From an uncultured bacterium (GTDB lineage: Bacteria; Desulfobacterota; WTBG01): a stretch of 37,498 bases of DNA. Positions 9,769 to 21,137 of the stretch are shown here, piece after piece. The translations under genes were made by a program, and so were the position numbers. Below the pieces are notes generated by a model. The model was not told where the DNA came from and made no database searches. It saw nothing but the letters and a program-made list of their open reading frames with translations. Within the stretch, counting starts at the first letter, position 1. The number at the start of each line of letters is the position of its first letter. The DNA is taken from positions 1 to 37,498 of the forward strand of contig CBDTTR010000002.1 in assembly GCA_965363405.1 (NCBI GenBank), written 5' to 3'.

Positions 9769-10506
9769 TCAGACTGAAACGATTTCTAAATTACCCCAGA
9801 CTCCAAACTTGTCATCAACTATTATAAGTGTTCCCATGATTCCTTTTATGTTTTGTGCGTATTCGAGCCCTTTGTCAATATCCTTTCTTCCTTTTACCAG
9901 GTTGCCTACAGCTGTAGCGGTTGCATCTGCCAGGGAAGCGGAGTGAGCGATTACCGTAACAGCATCAGATTTGCCAAAACTGAGAGAATGTCCGACGGTA
10001 CCAGAAGAGGTACAAACTCCCAGGGGAGTTTGAAAGGATGTTATTTTTAAACCAAGCTTGTTACTTAAAGGAGAATTACCTGCATAAATACCTATGGTTA
10101 AATCTTTTGAAACATTGAGGAATATGTCACCTCCATTTTCTACTACTATTTGGCTTGTGTAGTTTAGTAAATCTTTGCCAACTTTTTCAGCAACAGCACC
10201 AGCTACAGATGCCATAGGTCCAACCTGTGCCATAATTGCCGCACGCATCATCTCTTTTATAATGGGTGGTGCGTATTCATCAAAAGGTAGTGGGATGAGG
10301 CTTTTAAGAAATTCAGGAGTCTTCCGGATGTATTCCTCCAGCTGATACCTGTATTGGAGTACGGCTTTTTCTGCCTCCTCTATTAGCGAGGTATCGGCAA
10401 AGATTAAAATGTCCGTCTCTTTTATAGCTAAAGCAAAAGGTATAAGATCTTTTGCAAATATCCTGTCACGATAAAAAGCATGTTGTTCTGGTTTCGCCAT
10501 GATCAT
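9769..10506 (-). CDS. UPF0280-family protein (ApbE-like fold), function unknown
   Basis: About 245 aa. ETDILIFAD, MASVAGAVAE, VENGGDIFL, SSGTVGHSLSFGKSDAVTV and LADATATAVGN resemble the UPF0280 family as I recall it. Confidence 0.55.
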   Translation of the reverse strand: MIMAKPEQHAFYRDRIFAKDLIPFALAIKETDILIFADTSLIEEAEKAVLQYRYQLEEYIRKTPEFLKSLIPLPFDEYAPPIIKEMMRAAIMAQVGPMASVAGAVAEKVGKDLLNYTSQIVVENGGDIFLNVSKDLTIGIYAGNSPLSNKLGLKITSFQTPLGVCTSSGTVGHSLSFGKSDAVTVIAHSASLADATATAVGNLVKGRKDIDKGLEYAQNIKGIMGTLIIVDDKFGVWGNLEIVSV

Positions 10507-10548
10507 TTGGGTATTTGGAAAAGAAATAATTTGATAAAAGGGACCTTG

Positions 10549-13500
10549 TTAAGCGCTAATTGCTGCATTTCCAAAGAGGATTTTTATTTCATTTATTAAT
10601 TTTGAGGAGGGGTTTACTTTGAAGCTATTTCCCAAAGATATAACAGTTTCTGATTTTTGAGGGATGACCAGATGAAGAAATGCCTGACAGTCTCCTGGAT
10701 AGTTAAGAAGAATCCCCCTTAGTTGTTGCAATTGATTTTTATTTATCTCACTTAGATTAAGGGTGAGGTGAGTAACGGGGGGTAAAAGTTTGTTTGCATC
10801 TGATAACGGTATAATTTTGCTTGCTAGTATCTTTACAGTTTCTTTATCTCCATCTTTAACAACTTTACCCTTCACGAGAATGGGTTGATCACTTTTTAGT
10901 AAGTCAGAACAGGTTTTGTACAAATCGGAGAATACAACAACTTCAATAACTCCCTTGATGTCTTCGAGTGTGATAAAACACATACGGTCACCCTTGCGAG
11001 TATTGATTTCTTTTCTTTTGCTGACAATGCCTCCGATTCCGATTTCACTATCATTGTTTTGCTCTAAAATAGCTATGGTATCTGTATTGGTGTATTTGGA
11101 TAGATAATCTTTAAATCTGTTTAGCGGATGTTTGCTTATGTAAAATCCGAGCGATTCTTTTTCGTAAGATAAAAGCTCTTCGTCAGACCATTCTGGCAGA
11201 TCAGGAAAAGGTTCTTCACCCCCAGATGCTCCATCTGTCCCAAATAAATCAAACATATTGATTTGTTTGCTCATTTTGTCTTTCTGGAATCGTTGTGCGT
11301 GTTCCAGTGCATTATCTAGCACTGCTATCATTTGTGACCTTTGAGCGCCTGTAGAATCAAAAGCACCGCACTTGATTAAGCTTTCAATAACTCTTCTGTT
11401 TGCTTTTCTAAGATCTATTCGCTTGCAGAAATCGTAGAGCGAGGTAAATTTTACTGATTCGTTTCTGTTGCTTATAACTGATTCTATCGCAGCTCCCCCA
11501 ACATTTTTTACCGCAGCTAACCCAAAACGTATTTTCCTTTTGGAAACGGTAAAATCTCGATTGCTCTCATTAATATCAGGAGGAAGAATATCAATTCCCA
11601 TTTCGCGACACTCATTAATGTGCCTGAGCACTTTATCATTGTTGTCCATTTCGCAGGTAAGAAGTGCAGCCATAAATGCAAGAGGGTGGTGCGCTTTAAG
11701 GTAGGCTGTCTGAAATGCAATCAGGGCGTAAGCAGTGCTGTGAGATTTATTGAATCCATACTCGGCAAACTTAGCCATTTGGTTATAGATAGTTTCAGCT
11801 TTTTTAAGGTTAATTTTATTTTTCTTTGCTCCTTCGAGAAATTTCTCTTTTTGTTTTTCCATTACACCAGTTTTTTTCTTACTCATGGCGCTTCTTAAAA
11901 GATCAGCATCTCCCATTGAAAAATTGGCAAGCTTACTTGCAATCTGCATGACCTGTTCCTGATAAAGGATCACACCGTGTGTGTCTGAAAGGAGATCCTC
12001 TAATTGTGGAACTGCATATTTGATGGAAACCTCTTCTCGTTTTCTCTTGATGAAATCATCGACCATTCCACTTCCCAGAGGCCCGGGACGGTAGAGTGCA
12101 AGCAAAGCAATCAAGTCCTCAATACACTCTGGTTTGATCCTCACAAGAAGGTCCTTCATCCCTTGACTTTCTAATTGAAAAATCCCATCTGCTTCCCCAG
12201 TGGAAAGAAGCTTAAATGTCTTTTCATCATCTAATGGAAGGTCATTAATATTTAGTGGTTCCTCTTTGCTTTTATTGATTAGATTGAGGCAATTATTAAT
12301 GACCGTAAGTGTCCTTAGACCAAGAAAATCAAATTTGATTAGCCCGATTTTACTTACAGCTTTCATCTCAAACTGGGTAACGACTTCATTGTTCTGACCC
12401 CGGTAAAGTGGAAGGTGCTCAACCAACGGCATGTCAGAAATTACAATACCAGCTGCATGAGTCGACGCATGCCTGGGAAGACCTTCTAATGATAAGGCAA
12501 GAGAAAAAAGTTCTTTAACCTGCTCATTATCTTCAATCATTTTTTCCAGTTGTGGTTCTTGTTTTAAGGCGTCAGAGAGTGTTATATTGAGGGTATTGGG
12601 TATTAGTTTTGCAATTTGATCAACCTCTTTATATGGCATATCAAGTACTCGCCCGACATCTCTAATTGCACCTTTGGCCTGCATTTTCCCAAAGGTAATA
12701 ATCTGAGCAACATTTTCTTTGCCATATTTTGTGCTGACGTAATCAATCATTTCGTCTCTTCTTTCCATACAAAAATCAATGTCGATGTCAGGAAGACTGA
12801 TTCGGTCAGGATTTAAGAACCTCTCAAAGAGAAGTCTATAGGTGATAGGATCGACCTCGGTTATTTTTAACGCATATGCTACCAGGCTGCCTGCAGCAGA
12901 ACCTCTTCCCGGCCCAACTGGTATGCTACGCTGTTTTGCGTAATTAACAAAATCTGCAACAATAAGAAAGTAATTTGTAAAACCTGTAGATTGAATTATT
13001 TTAAGCTCTTTTTCCAGTCTCTTATCATAAATCACAGAAAGCTCTGAAAAATTATCTCTTTTTTTATAATGTTGTAAGCGTTCTTGCAGGCCTTCCTTTG
13101 CAAGATTCTCAAGATGATCATTTAAATTTATATTTTCTGGTGCCTGATATTTGGGAAATCGTATTTCGTCAAATTTAATTTTTAGATTGCACCTTTCTGC
13201 AATCTCCACAGTGTTTTTTATGGCTTCTGGTGCATAAGAAAAATTCTCAACCATTTCCTGGGGAGATTTAAAATAGAATTCATCTGTGGAGAATTTCATA
13301 CGATCTGGACTGCTCAGTTTCTTTCCAGTTTGGAGACAAAGAAGTATTTCATGGGCCCTTGCATCCTCCTTATTTAAATAATGACAATCATTGGTAGCAA
13401 CCAGAGGGATAGAGAGATCCCTGCCCATTTCTATTAAAGCCTTATTGACTGCACGCTGTTCAGGGATCTTATTCTCTTGAAGTTCGAGGTAGAAGCGACG

Positions 13501-14013
13501 ATCGTCAAAAATGGAACCATACTCTTCTGCTGCTTGTAAAGCTTTCTCTTTAGAATTATTGGTGATGTGTGTTGCTATTTCACCGTGCAGGCAGGAACTG
13601 AGAGCGATAAGGCCTTCATTATGGGTTTTTAGTAGTTCCTTATCAATGCGAGGACGATAGTAAAATCCCTCAAGATACCCTTTGCTTACCAGGAACATCA
13701 GGTTTTTGTAACCGACGTGGTCTTTTGCCAGAAGGACAAGATGATGGGATGTATCTTTTATACCTCTGGCGTCCTTTTCCCATCTGCTTCCGGGTGCTAC
13801 ATATACTTCGCAGCCGATGATTGGCTTGATTCCAGCTTTGTAAGCTTCCTGGTAAAATTCAATTGTGCCAAACATGTTACCGTGGTCTGTTATGGCTAAT
13901 GCAGGCATCTTATACTGATGAGCTTTTTTAAAAAGATCATTCAGTCTGATAGCTCCATCTAAAAGGCTATATTGAGTGTGAAGGTGAAGGTGAACAAACT
14001 CAGAGTGTTTCAT
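10549..14013 (-). CDS. dnaE: DNA polymerase III alpha subunit
   Basis: 1154 aa with an N-terminal PHP domain (HLHLHTQYSLLDGA), polymerase core motifs (GPGRGSAAGSLVAY, LPDIDIDF), HhH and a C-terminal OB fold. Confidence 0.97.
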   Translation of the reverse strand: MKHSEFVHLHLHTQYSLLDGAIRLNDLFKKAHQYKMPALAITDHGNMFGTIEFYQEAYKAGIKPIIGCEVYVAPGSRWEKDARGIKDTSHHLVLLAKDHVGYKNLMFLVSKGYLEGFYYRPRIDKELLKTHNEGLIALSSCLHGEIATHITNNSKEKALQAAEEYGSIFDDRRFYLELQENKIPEQRAVNKALIEMGRDLSIPLVATNDCHYLNKEDARAHEILLCLQTGKKLSSPDRMKFSTDEFYFKSPQEMVENFSYAPEAIKNTVEIAERCNLKIKFDEIRFPKYQAPENINLNDHLENLAKEGLQERLQHYKKRDNFSELSVIYDKRLEKELKIIQSTGFTNYFLIVADFVNYAKQRSIPVGPGRGSAAGSLVAYALKITEVDPITYRLLFERFLNPDRISLPDIDIDFCMERRDEMIDYVSTKYGKENVAQIITFGKMQAKGAIRDVGRVLDMPYKEVDQIAKLIPNTLNITLSDALKQEPQLEKMIEDNEQVKELFSLALSLEGLPRHASTHAAGIVISDMPLVEHLPLYRGQNNEVVTQFEMKAVSKIGLIKFDFLGLRTLTVINNCLNLINKSKEEPLNINDLPLDDEKTFKLLSTGEADGIFQLESQGMKDLLVRIKPECIEDLIALLALYRPGPLGSGMVDDFIKRKREEVSIKYAVPQLEDLLSDTHGVILYQEQVMQIASKLANFSMGDADLLRSAMSKKKTGVMEKQKEKFLEGAKKNKINLKKAETIYNQMAKFAEYGFNKSHSTAYALIAFQTAYLKAHHPLAFMAALLTCEMDNNDKVLRHINECREMGIDILPPDINESNRDFTVSKRKIRFGLAAVKNVGGAAIESVISNRNESVKFTSLYDFCKRIDLRKANRRVIESLIKCGAFDSTGAQRSQMIAVLDNALEHAQRFQKDKMSKQINMFDLFGTDGASGGEEPFPDLPEWSDEELLSYEKESLGFYISKHPLNRFKDYLSKYTNTDTIAILEQNNDSEIGIGGIVSKRKEINTRKGDRMCFITLEDIKGVIEVVVFSDLYKTCSDLLKSDQPILVKGKVVKDGDKETVKILASKIIPLSDANKLLPPVTHLTLNLSEINKNQLQQLRGILLNYPGDCQAFLHLVIPQKSETVISLGNSFKVNPSSKLINEIKILFGNAAISA

Positions 14014-14019
14014 GCCTTT

Positions 14020-15582
14020 CTACTCCCACTCAATCGTGCTGGGTGGTTTGGATGAAATGTCATATACAACGCGATTTATGCCCTTAACCTCGTTTATGAT
14101 GCGGTTTGATATAATGGAGAGAAGGTCATGGGGGAGCTTTACCCAGTCAGCCGTCATACCATCAAGACTGTTTACTGCGCGAAGGGCTATAACGTTTTCA
14201 TAGGTTCGTTCATCTCCCATCACACCAACAGTTTTAACCGGTAAGAGAACGGCAAAAGACTGCCACACTTTATTGTAAAAAGAGGCCTTTTTTATTTCTT
14301 CAATGACTATGGCATCTGCTTCTCTCAACAAAGATAGAGATTCAGTGGTGACAGGACCTATTATGCGGACAGCCAATCCAGGACCAGGAAAGGGTTGGCG
14401 ACTTATTATCTCTTCTGGAATACCCAACTCTCTTCCCACGGCTCTTACTTCATCCTTGAAGAGTTCCCTCAGTGGCTCAATTAATTTAAGTTTCATCCTC
14501 TCGGGCAAACCACCAACATTATGGTGGCTCTTTATAGTGGCAGATGGTCCTTTGATGGAGATACTTTCAATCACATCGGGATAGAGAGTACCCTGGGATA
14601 AAAATTTAACATCACCCAATTTCTCTGCTTCTTTTTCAAATAGGTGAATAAATTCCTCACCAATAATCTTTCGTTTCTTTTCCGGATCAGTGATATTGGA
14701 TAGTTTTGTGATGAAGCTATCGGCACCATCTACATGCATGATATCTATCTGTAAATGTTTGCGAAAAATATCTACAACTTTTTCTGGCTCATTTTTCCGC
14801 AATAATCCGTTATCAATGAATATACAACTTAGTTGTTTGCCAATTGCTTTATGAAGAAGAACTGCTACAACAGTTGAATCAACACCGCCGCTTACACCAC
14901 AGATGACTCTTTCATTGCCTGCGCATAATCGTATTTTTTCTATGGAGGTATCAATGAATGATTTCATGTTCCAAAGAGGTTTGCAGCCACAGATTTTGTA
15001 GAGGAAATTTTCTAAAATATGTTTTCCCTGGGGAGTATGGACGACTTCAGGATGGAATTGTACACCAAAAATTGGATAGTTAGTTGTTCGGATAGCAGCA
15101 ACTGGTGAATTTCGGCTGTGAGCAATTGTTGTGAAGTTAGGAGGTAAAACATTAACCCTGTCTCCATGACTCATCCATACTTGAATAGTCGCTTGATTAT
15201 TATTCAAGCCTTGAAATAAATCAGAGGAATCATCAATAAGTAATTGTGCCTTCCCGAATTCCCTGTCTTTTGACTTTTCTACTTCTCCTCCCGAAAGTTT
15301 AACAAGAAGTTGCATCCCATAACAAATACCCAATATAGGCAAACCGGTTTCGAGCAATTCATGATCAATAGAAGGTGCTTCTTCATCATGAACGCTTGCT
15401 GGAGAACCTGAAAGGATGATGCCTTTAGGATTGAACTTTTTAATATAGTCTAAGGAAGTGTTGAAGGGGTGAATTTCAGAATATACCATGCACTCTCGTA
15501 CTCTTCGAGCAATGAGCTGAGTATACTGAGAACCAAAGTCAAGAATCAGAATTTTTTCTTGATGAATAATATCCTTAGTCAT
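14020..15582 (-). CDS. guaA: GMP synthase (glutamine-hydrolysing)
   Basis: A GATase domain (GICYGMQ), the ATP-PPase P-loop VSGGVDSTV and the C-terminal PPSTIEWE. Confidence 0.97.
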   Translation of the reverse strand: MTKDIIHQEKILILDFGSQYTQLIARRVRECMVYSEIHPFNTSLDYIKKFNPKGIILSGSPASVHDEEAPSIDHELLETGLPILGICYGMQLLVKLSGGEVEKSKDREFGKAQLLIDDSSDLFQGLNNNQATIQVWMSHGDRVNVLPPNFTTIAHSRNSPVAAIRTTNYPIFGVQFHPEVVHTPQGKHILENFLYKICGCKPLWNMKSFIDTSIEKIRLCAGNERVICGVSGGVDSTVVAVLLHKAIGKQLSCIFIDNGLLRKNEPEKVVDIFRKHLQIDIMHVDGADSFITKLSNITDPEKKRKIIGEEFIHLFEKEAEKLGDVKFLSQGTLYPDVIESISIKGPSATIKSHHNVGGLPERMKLKLIEPLRELFKDEVRAVGRELGIPEEIISRQPFPGPGLAVRIIGPVTTESLSLLREADAIVIEEIKKASFYNKVWQSFAVLLPVKTVGVMGDERTYENVIALRAVNSLDGMTADWVKLPHDLLSIISNRIINEVKGINRVVYDISSKPPSTIEWE

Positions 15583-15591
15583 TTGATGTCT

Positions 15592-17088
<1,497 letters not shown>

Positions 17089-17364
17089 CTATATTCATCT
17101 ATATAATGACCCTTTAGAAATTTAATGCAGGTTTTAAGACAACTTTTAAGTGTAGGATAACTCAGTCTGGTTATTTATGGGCCAGTAAAATTATGGAAAA
17201 GTCATTGTCAGCTGATGAAGAAAATAACTATCTTAATTTATTTTTTATGTCAAGGTAAAAGCAGAACCACGAAGAGTAAAAAGAAAGTTAAAAAATCCTG
17301 TAACAAAAAAAATCAGTTCAATCTTTTGATAATTTGCCTGCCTTTGAAATTTCTACACCCTCGT

Positions 17365-18318
17365 TTAATGTAAGGTTTGTGCGTCCAAAAGTATGCCTTC
17401 AAGTAGTCCTGCGTCAGATACGATAAGTTGATTAAATTTAAAATGGTCCATTATCTCAATTACTATTGCTGCTCCTGGTACAATCACGGCTTCTCTGCCT
17501 TTCTCCAAACCAGGAATTGTTCTACGTTCAGCAATTGATAAGATGCATAACTGTCGATAGATGTTTTCAACCGCTTCGCTTGTCAAAATATAGTTATTGA
17601 TTTTTTGAGGATCGTATTCTTCCATCTTTTGATCAATTGCTGCTAAAGTGGTTACGGTTCCAGCAGTGCCAATTAAAAAGGATTGAGCAGGAAATGTAGT
17701 TGAAAATTTATATCTGTTTATATAATTAGTAATATCATTAACTTGCAAACTATTATTAATGTATTTTCGTAGATAAGTAAGCTCTCTTAAAGCAGGTGGA
17801 TCTGAGGTAATCAGGTTCTCTAAAAGGTGAAGGACGCCTAAACTGATGCTTGTTGTTTTGATGGGGGAAATGCCTTCTGTAAGGATGAACTCGGTGCTTC
17901 CACCACCGATATCAAATACCAGATTTCTTGACTGTGTTCTATCCACTACGGAAAATACACCTTTCAGTGTTAACTCTGCTTCCTCAGAACCCGTTAGTAT
18001 TCTAGCCTGTATGCCTGTTCTTTTGTAGATTTGATTGATGAAGTCTTGTCCATTTTTTGCTTCTCTGGCAGCGCTGGTGGTGACTGCAAATACTTTTTCT
18101 ACTTTGTAGTAATCAATAATTGTAGAGAAATCCTCCAAAACTTTCAAGCTTCGCTTTGTAGCTTGGGGTTGGATAGATGCATTTTTTTTGAGTCCTTCAC
18201 CCAATCGTGTAATTTCACTTTTAACCAGAATGGGTGATATCGCATTGCTGTCGGTAATTTCTGCAATTAAAAGACGAAAAGTGTTTGTCCCGAGATCTAA
18301 AGAAGCAAAAAGTGACAT
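17365..18318 (-). CDS. Ppx/GppA-family phosphatase, short (two-domain) form
   Basis: ASKHA motifs LDLGTNTFRLL and DIGGGSTEF. At 317 aa it lacks the C-terminal HD-like domains of the long Ppx forms. Confidence 0.8.
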   Translation of the reverse strand: MSLFASLDLGTNTFRLLIAEITDSNAISPILVKSEITRLGEGLKKNASIQPQATKRSLKVLEDFSTIIDYYKVEKVFAVTTSAAREAKNGQDFINQIYKRTGIQARILTGSEEAELTLKGVFSVVDRTQSRNLVFDIGGGSTEFILTEGISPIKTTSISLGVLHLLENLITSDPPALRELTYLRKYINNSLQVNDITNYINRYKFSTTFPAQSFLIGTAGTVTTLAAIDQKMEEYDPQKINNYILTSEAVENIYRQLCILSIAERRTIPGLEKGREAVIVPGAAIVIEIMDHFKFNQLIVSDAGLLEGILLDAQTLH

Positions 18319-18364
18319 TGGGAGGAGTCAGACTCGCAGGTTTTCAAATAAAAACAGAGTGGTT

Positions 18365-18874
18365 TTACTCGCTGATAGCACATTCAGTTTCATCACCTTT
18401 GATTTTTGAAAGGGCATGGGGAAGTGCAGGAAGTATGGCCAGGAGGTTTTCCCTAACTGCTTTAGGGCTTCCGGGTAAATTAATTATAAGTGACTGGTGG
18501 CGCATTCCAACTACCGCTCTGCTGATCATGGCGTGGGGTGTTTTCTTTAGTCCTTCCAGTCTCATTACCTCAGCCATTCCGGGTATTTCTTTTTCAATAA
18601 CCTCAAGTGTTGCTTCCGGGGTGACATCTCTGGGACTGACTCCTGTACCTCCAGTAGTGATGATAAGATCTAATCCTATGTTATCTGCAAATTCCTTAAT
18701 TTTATTGGCTATGATTTCCTTGCTGTCAGGAACTATCTCATAAATTTTCACTTCAGCTGGCAATGAGGTAACAATTTCTTTAATTGCAGGGCCGCTTTTA
18801 TCTTCTCTCTCTCTACGTGCTCCTTTGTCACTTACGGTGATAATTCCAACAGAAAACAAGGCAGTTTTCTCCAT
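18365..18874 (-). CDS. mog: MogA/MoaB-family molybdopterin adenylyltransferase
   Basis: GIITVSDKG, TTGGTGVSPRDVTPEAT and NLPGSPKA. Its ATG directly abuts the stop codon of the upstream EF-G paralog. Confidence 0.85.
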   Translation of the reverse strand: MEKTALFSVGIITVSDKGARREREDKSGPAIKEIVTSLPAEVKIYEIVPDSKEIIANKIKEFADNIGLDLIITTGGTGVSPRDVTPEATLEVIEKEIPGMAEVMRLEGLKKTPHAMISRAVVGMRHQSLIINLPGSPKAVRENLLAILPALPHALSKIKGDETECAISE

Positions 18875-20953
18875 TTATTCTTCTTTACCTGATTCAGCTT
18901 TATGTTGAGCTATAATCTGCTCTGACTGTTGACTTGGAAGTTCATCATAATGGGAAAATTCCATAGTAAAAGCACCCCTTCCTCCGGTGATAGAAGTCAA
19001 ATCAGAAGCATATTTCAATACTTCAGCCATAGGAACCTGGGCATTGATCACCTGGTGGTTTATTTTGGGTTCCATGCCGAGAACCCTTCCTCTTCTTCCA
19101 TTAAGGTCTCCAATGACGTCTCCCATGCAATCATCGGGTACTGTTATCTCAAGATTTACAATGGGTTCTAATAAGACAGGTTTTGCATCTTGCATTACTT
19201 TCTTGAAGCCCATAGATGCAGCTATTTTGAAAGCAATATCTGATGAGTCAACATCATGGAACGATCCATCATAGAGAGTTACTTTAATATCGGTTACAGG
19301 GTATTTTGCTAAACTACCTTCCTTCATTGATTCCTTTACCCCCTTTTCTACAGAGGGGATATATTGGCGAGGAATGACACCTCCCACGATCTTGCTAACA
19401 AACTCAAAACCTTTCCCTCTGGGGAGCGGTGCAATTTCCAACCAGGTGTCACCGAATTGTCCTCTTCCTCCTGACTGCTTTTTTAATTTTCCCTGGCCTT
19501 TTGCAGTTCCCCGCACGGTCTCTTTATAAGCAACTTTTGGTGTTTTAACATCCACGTTTACACCGTATTTCCTCTGCATTTTTTCTATAGCTACATCCAG
19601 ATGTGTTTGACCCATTCCCACAAGAATAAATTCCTTGGTTTGTTTATCCCGGCGTGTTTTTAGTGTAAAATCTTCTTCCATCAACTTGGAAAGGGATGAA
19701 ATGAGTTTATCTTCATCACCCTTGCTTTTTGGTTCGAGAGCCAGTTGCATGACTGGTTCGGGCAGTTCAATTTTATTTAAGGTAAAAGGGTGCTTGTCAT
19801 CACAAAAAGTATCCCCAGTAGTGGTCTCCTTTAATTTTGCTACTGCAGCTATATCACCGGCAATAGCTGGATTTATAGGTTTTTGACTTTTCCCTTCGAT
19901 TTTCAGGATTTGACCAATCCTCTCCTTTGTGCTTTTTGTAGAATTGTAAATAGTGGTATCAGAATTTAGGACGCCTGATATAACGCGAAATATGGTGAGT
20001 TTCCCTGCATATGGGTCAGCTATAGTTTTAAATACAAAGACAGAAAGGGGATCATCCTTTCCTGCACTTCTTTCCTCTTCATTCTTGGTTGATGGGTTAA
20101 TTCCTTTAAATACTTTCTCAATTGGTGAAGGAAAACAATTGGTAATAAGGTCTAAAACTGGCTGTACGCCAATATTTTTTGATGCTGAACCGCATAGAAC
20201 AGGGAATAAGTTGCAGGACACTATACCCTGTTTTAGGCCATTAAAAATCTCGTCTGTGGACAACTCCGTTCCTTCCAGGTACTTTTCCAGTAATTCATCA
20301 CTGGATTCTGCAATATCTTCAATCATTTTGCTTCTGAATTCTTCTGCCTGGGATTGCATATCTTCAGGTATATTTTCTTCAACGAATTTTCCGCTGGTAT
20401 CGTTGCTGAATACCAGAGCCTTCATGGTGATAAGGTTAATGATGCCCCGAAAAGAAGATTCTTCACCTAATGGGAGCTGTGTAACCAGAGGTTTTATGCC
20501 TAAAATTTCTTCGATACCTGTCAATGCCTGCTTAAAGCTAGCTCTTTCCATATCAATCTTATTAATGAAAATCATCCTGGGGAGGGAAAAAGTATCTGCA
20601 TATTTCCAGACTTTTTCTGTCTGTACTTGGACACCGGATACTGCATCGATTAGAACTATTGTGGTATCAACTACTTGCAAACAACTCTGAACGTCAGCCA
20701 AAAAATTTGAATCACCCGGAGTGTCAATAAGATTGATTTCACACTTTTCCCATTTCAAATGATGCAGGGAAGAAGTGAGTGTTTTATTCCTTTTAAGTTC
20801 CTCTGGTTCAAAATCAAGAAGAGAGGTGCCGTCATCAACCCTTCCCAGTCTAGTATTTACCTTTGCATCAAAGAGAAAGGCATCGGCAAGTGAAGTTTTC
20901 CCAGCACCCCCATGAGAAATGAGAGCAATGTTGCGTAAATCTTTTGTTTCCAT
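18875..20953 (-). CDS. elongation factor G family GTPase (divergent paralog, not in a str operon context)
   Basis: 692 aa with the five-domain EF-G layout. The G motifs are divergent: SHGGAGKTS, DTPGDSNF and NKID, against the canonical AHIDAGKTT, DTPGHVDF and NKMD. Confidence 0.85.
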   Translation of the reverse strand: METKDLRNIALISHGGAGKTSLADAFLFDAKVNTRLGRVDDGTSLLDFEPEELKRNKTLTSSLHHLKWEKCEINLIDTPGDSNFLADVQSCLQVVDTTIVLIDAVSGVQVQTEKVWKYADTFSLPRMIFINKIDMERASFKQALTGIEEILGIKPLVTQLPLGEESSFRGIINLITMKALVFSNDTSGKFVEENIPEDMQSQAEEFRSKMIEDIAESSDELLEKYLEGTELSTDEIFNGLKQGIVSCNLFPVLCGSASKNIGVQPVLDLITNCFPSPIEKVFKGINPSTKNEEERSAGKDDPLSVFVFKTIADPYAGKLTIFRVISGVLNSDTTIYNSTKSTKERIGQILKIEGKSQKPINPAIAGDIAAVAKLKETTTGDTFCDDKHPFTLNKIELPEPVMQLALEPKSKGDEDKLISSLSKLMEEDFTLKTRRDKQTKEFILVGMGQTHLDVAIEKMQRKYGVNVDVKTPKVAYKETVRGTAKGQGKLKKQSGGRGQFGDTWLEIAPLPRGKGFEFVSKIVGGVIPRQYIPSVEKGVKESMKEGSLAKYPVTDIKVTLYDGSFHDVDSSDIAFKIAASMGFKKVMQDAKPVLLEPIVNLEITVPDDCMGDVIGDLNGRRGRVLGMEPKINHQVINAQVPMAEVLKYASDLTSITGGRGAFTMEFSHYDELPSQQSEQIIAQHKAESGKEE

Positions 20954-21034
20954 AAGAATCCCTCTTTCTTTTTAGGTTTGTTTATTTAGTTGAATGGCTA
21001 CTATTTGGATTGTTGTTATTTATTATGCACTATT

Positions 21035-21085
21035 GTCATTCCTGCCCCGTATTAAGTGTGGGGTAAACTCCAGCAGGAATCCAGA
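21035..21085 (+). repeat. about 50-nt palindromic intergenic element, copy 2 (family A)
   Basis: In gtcattcctgccccgtattaagtgtggggtaaactccagcaggaatccag, the outer stem attcctgc/gcaggaat encloses an inner hairpin. It is homologous to 9555-9605. Confidence 0.8.
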
Positions 21086-21137
21086 AGTTAGCTTAACATT
21101 TTCTTTGCATGTTTCTCAGCGTTCTCTGCGGTTAATA

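Noticed and set aside
9543-9946. ORFs 9543-9827 and 9755-9946 in the repeat-rich spacer
   Set aside because: They are encoded by palindromic repeat elements (the PYQVRDKLQRESS-type peptide) and overlap the 3' end of UPF0280. They have no SD.
19953-20690. 245-aa plus-strand ORF inside the EF-G paralog. Similar antisense ORFs lie at 18285-18743 (in mog), 32398-32751 (in selD) and 11468-11898 (in dnaE).
   Set aside because: These are shadow ORFs opposite strongly supported genes, with no independent coding signal.
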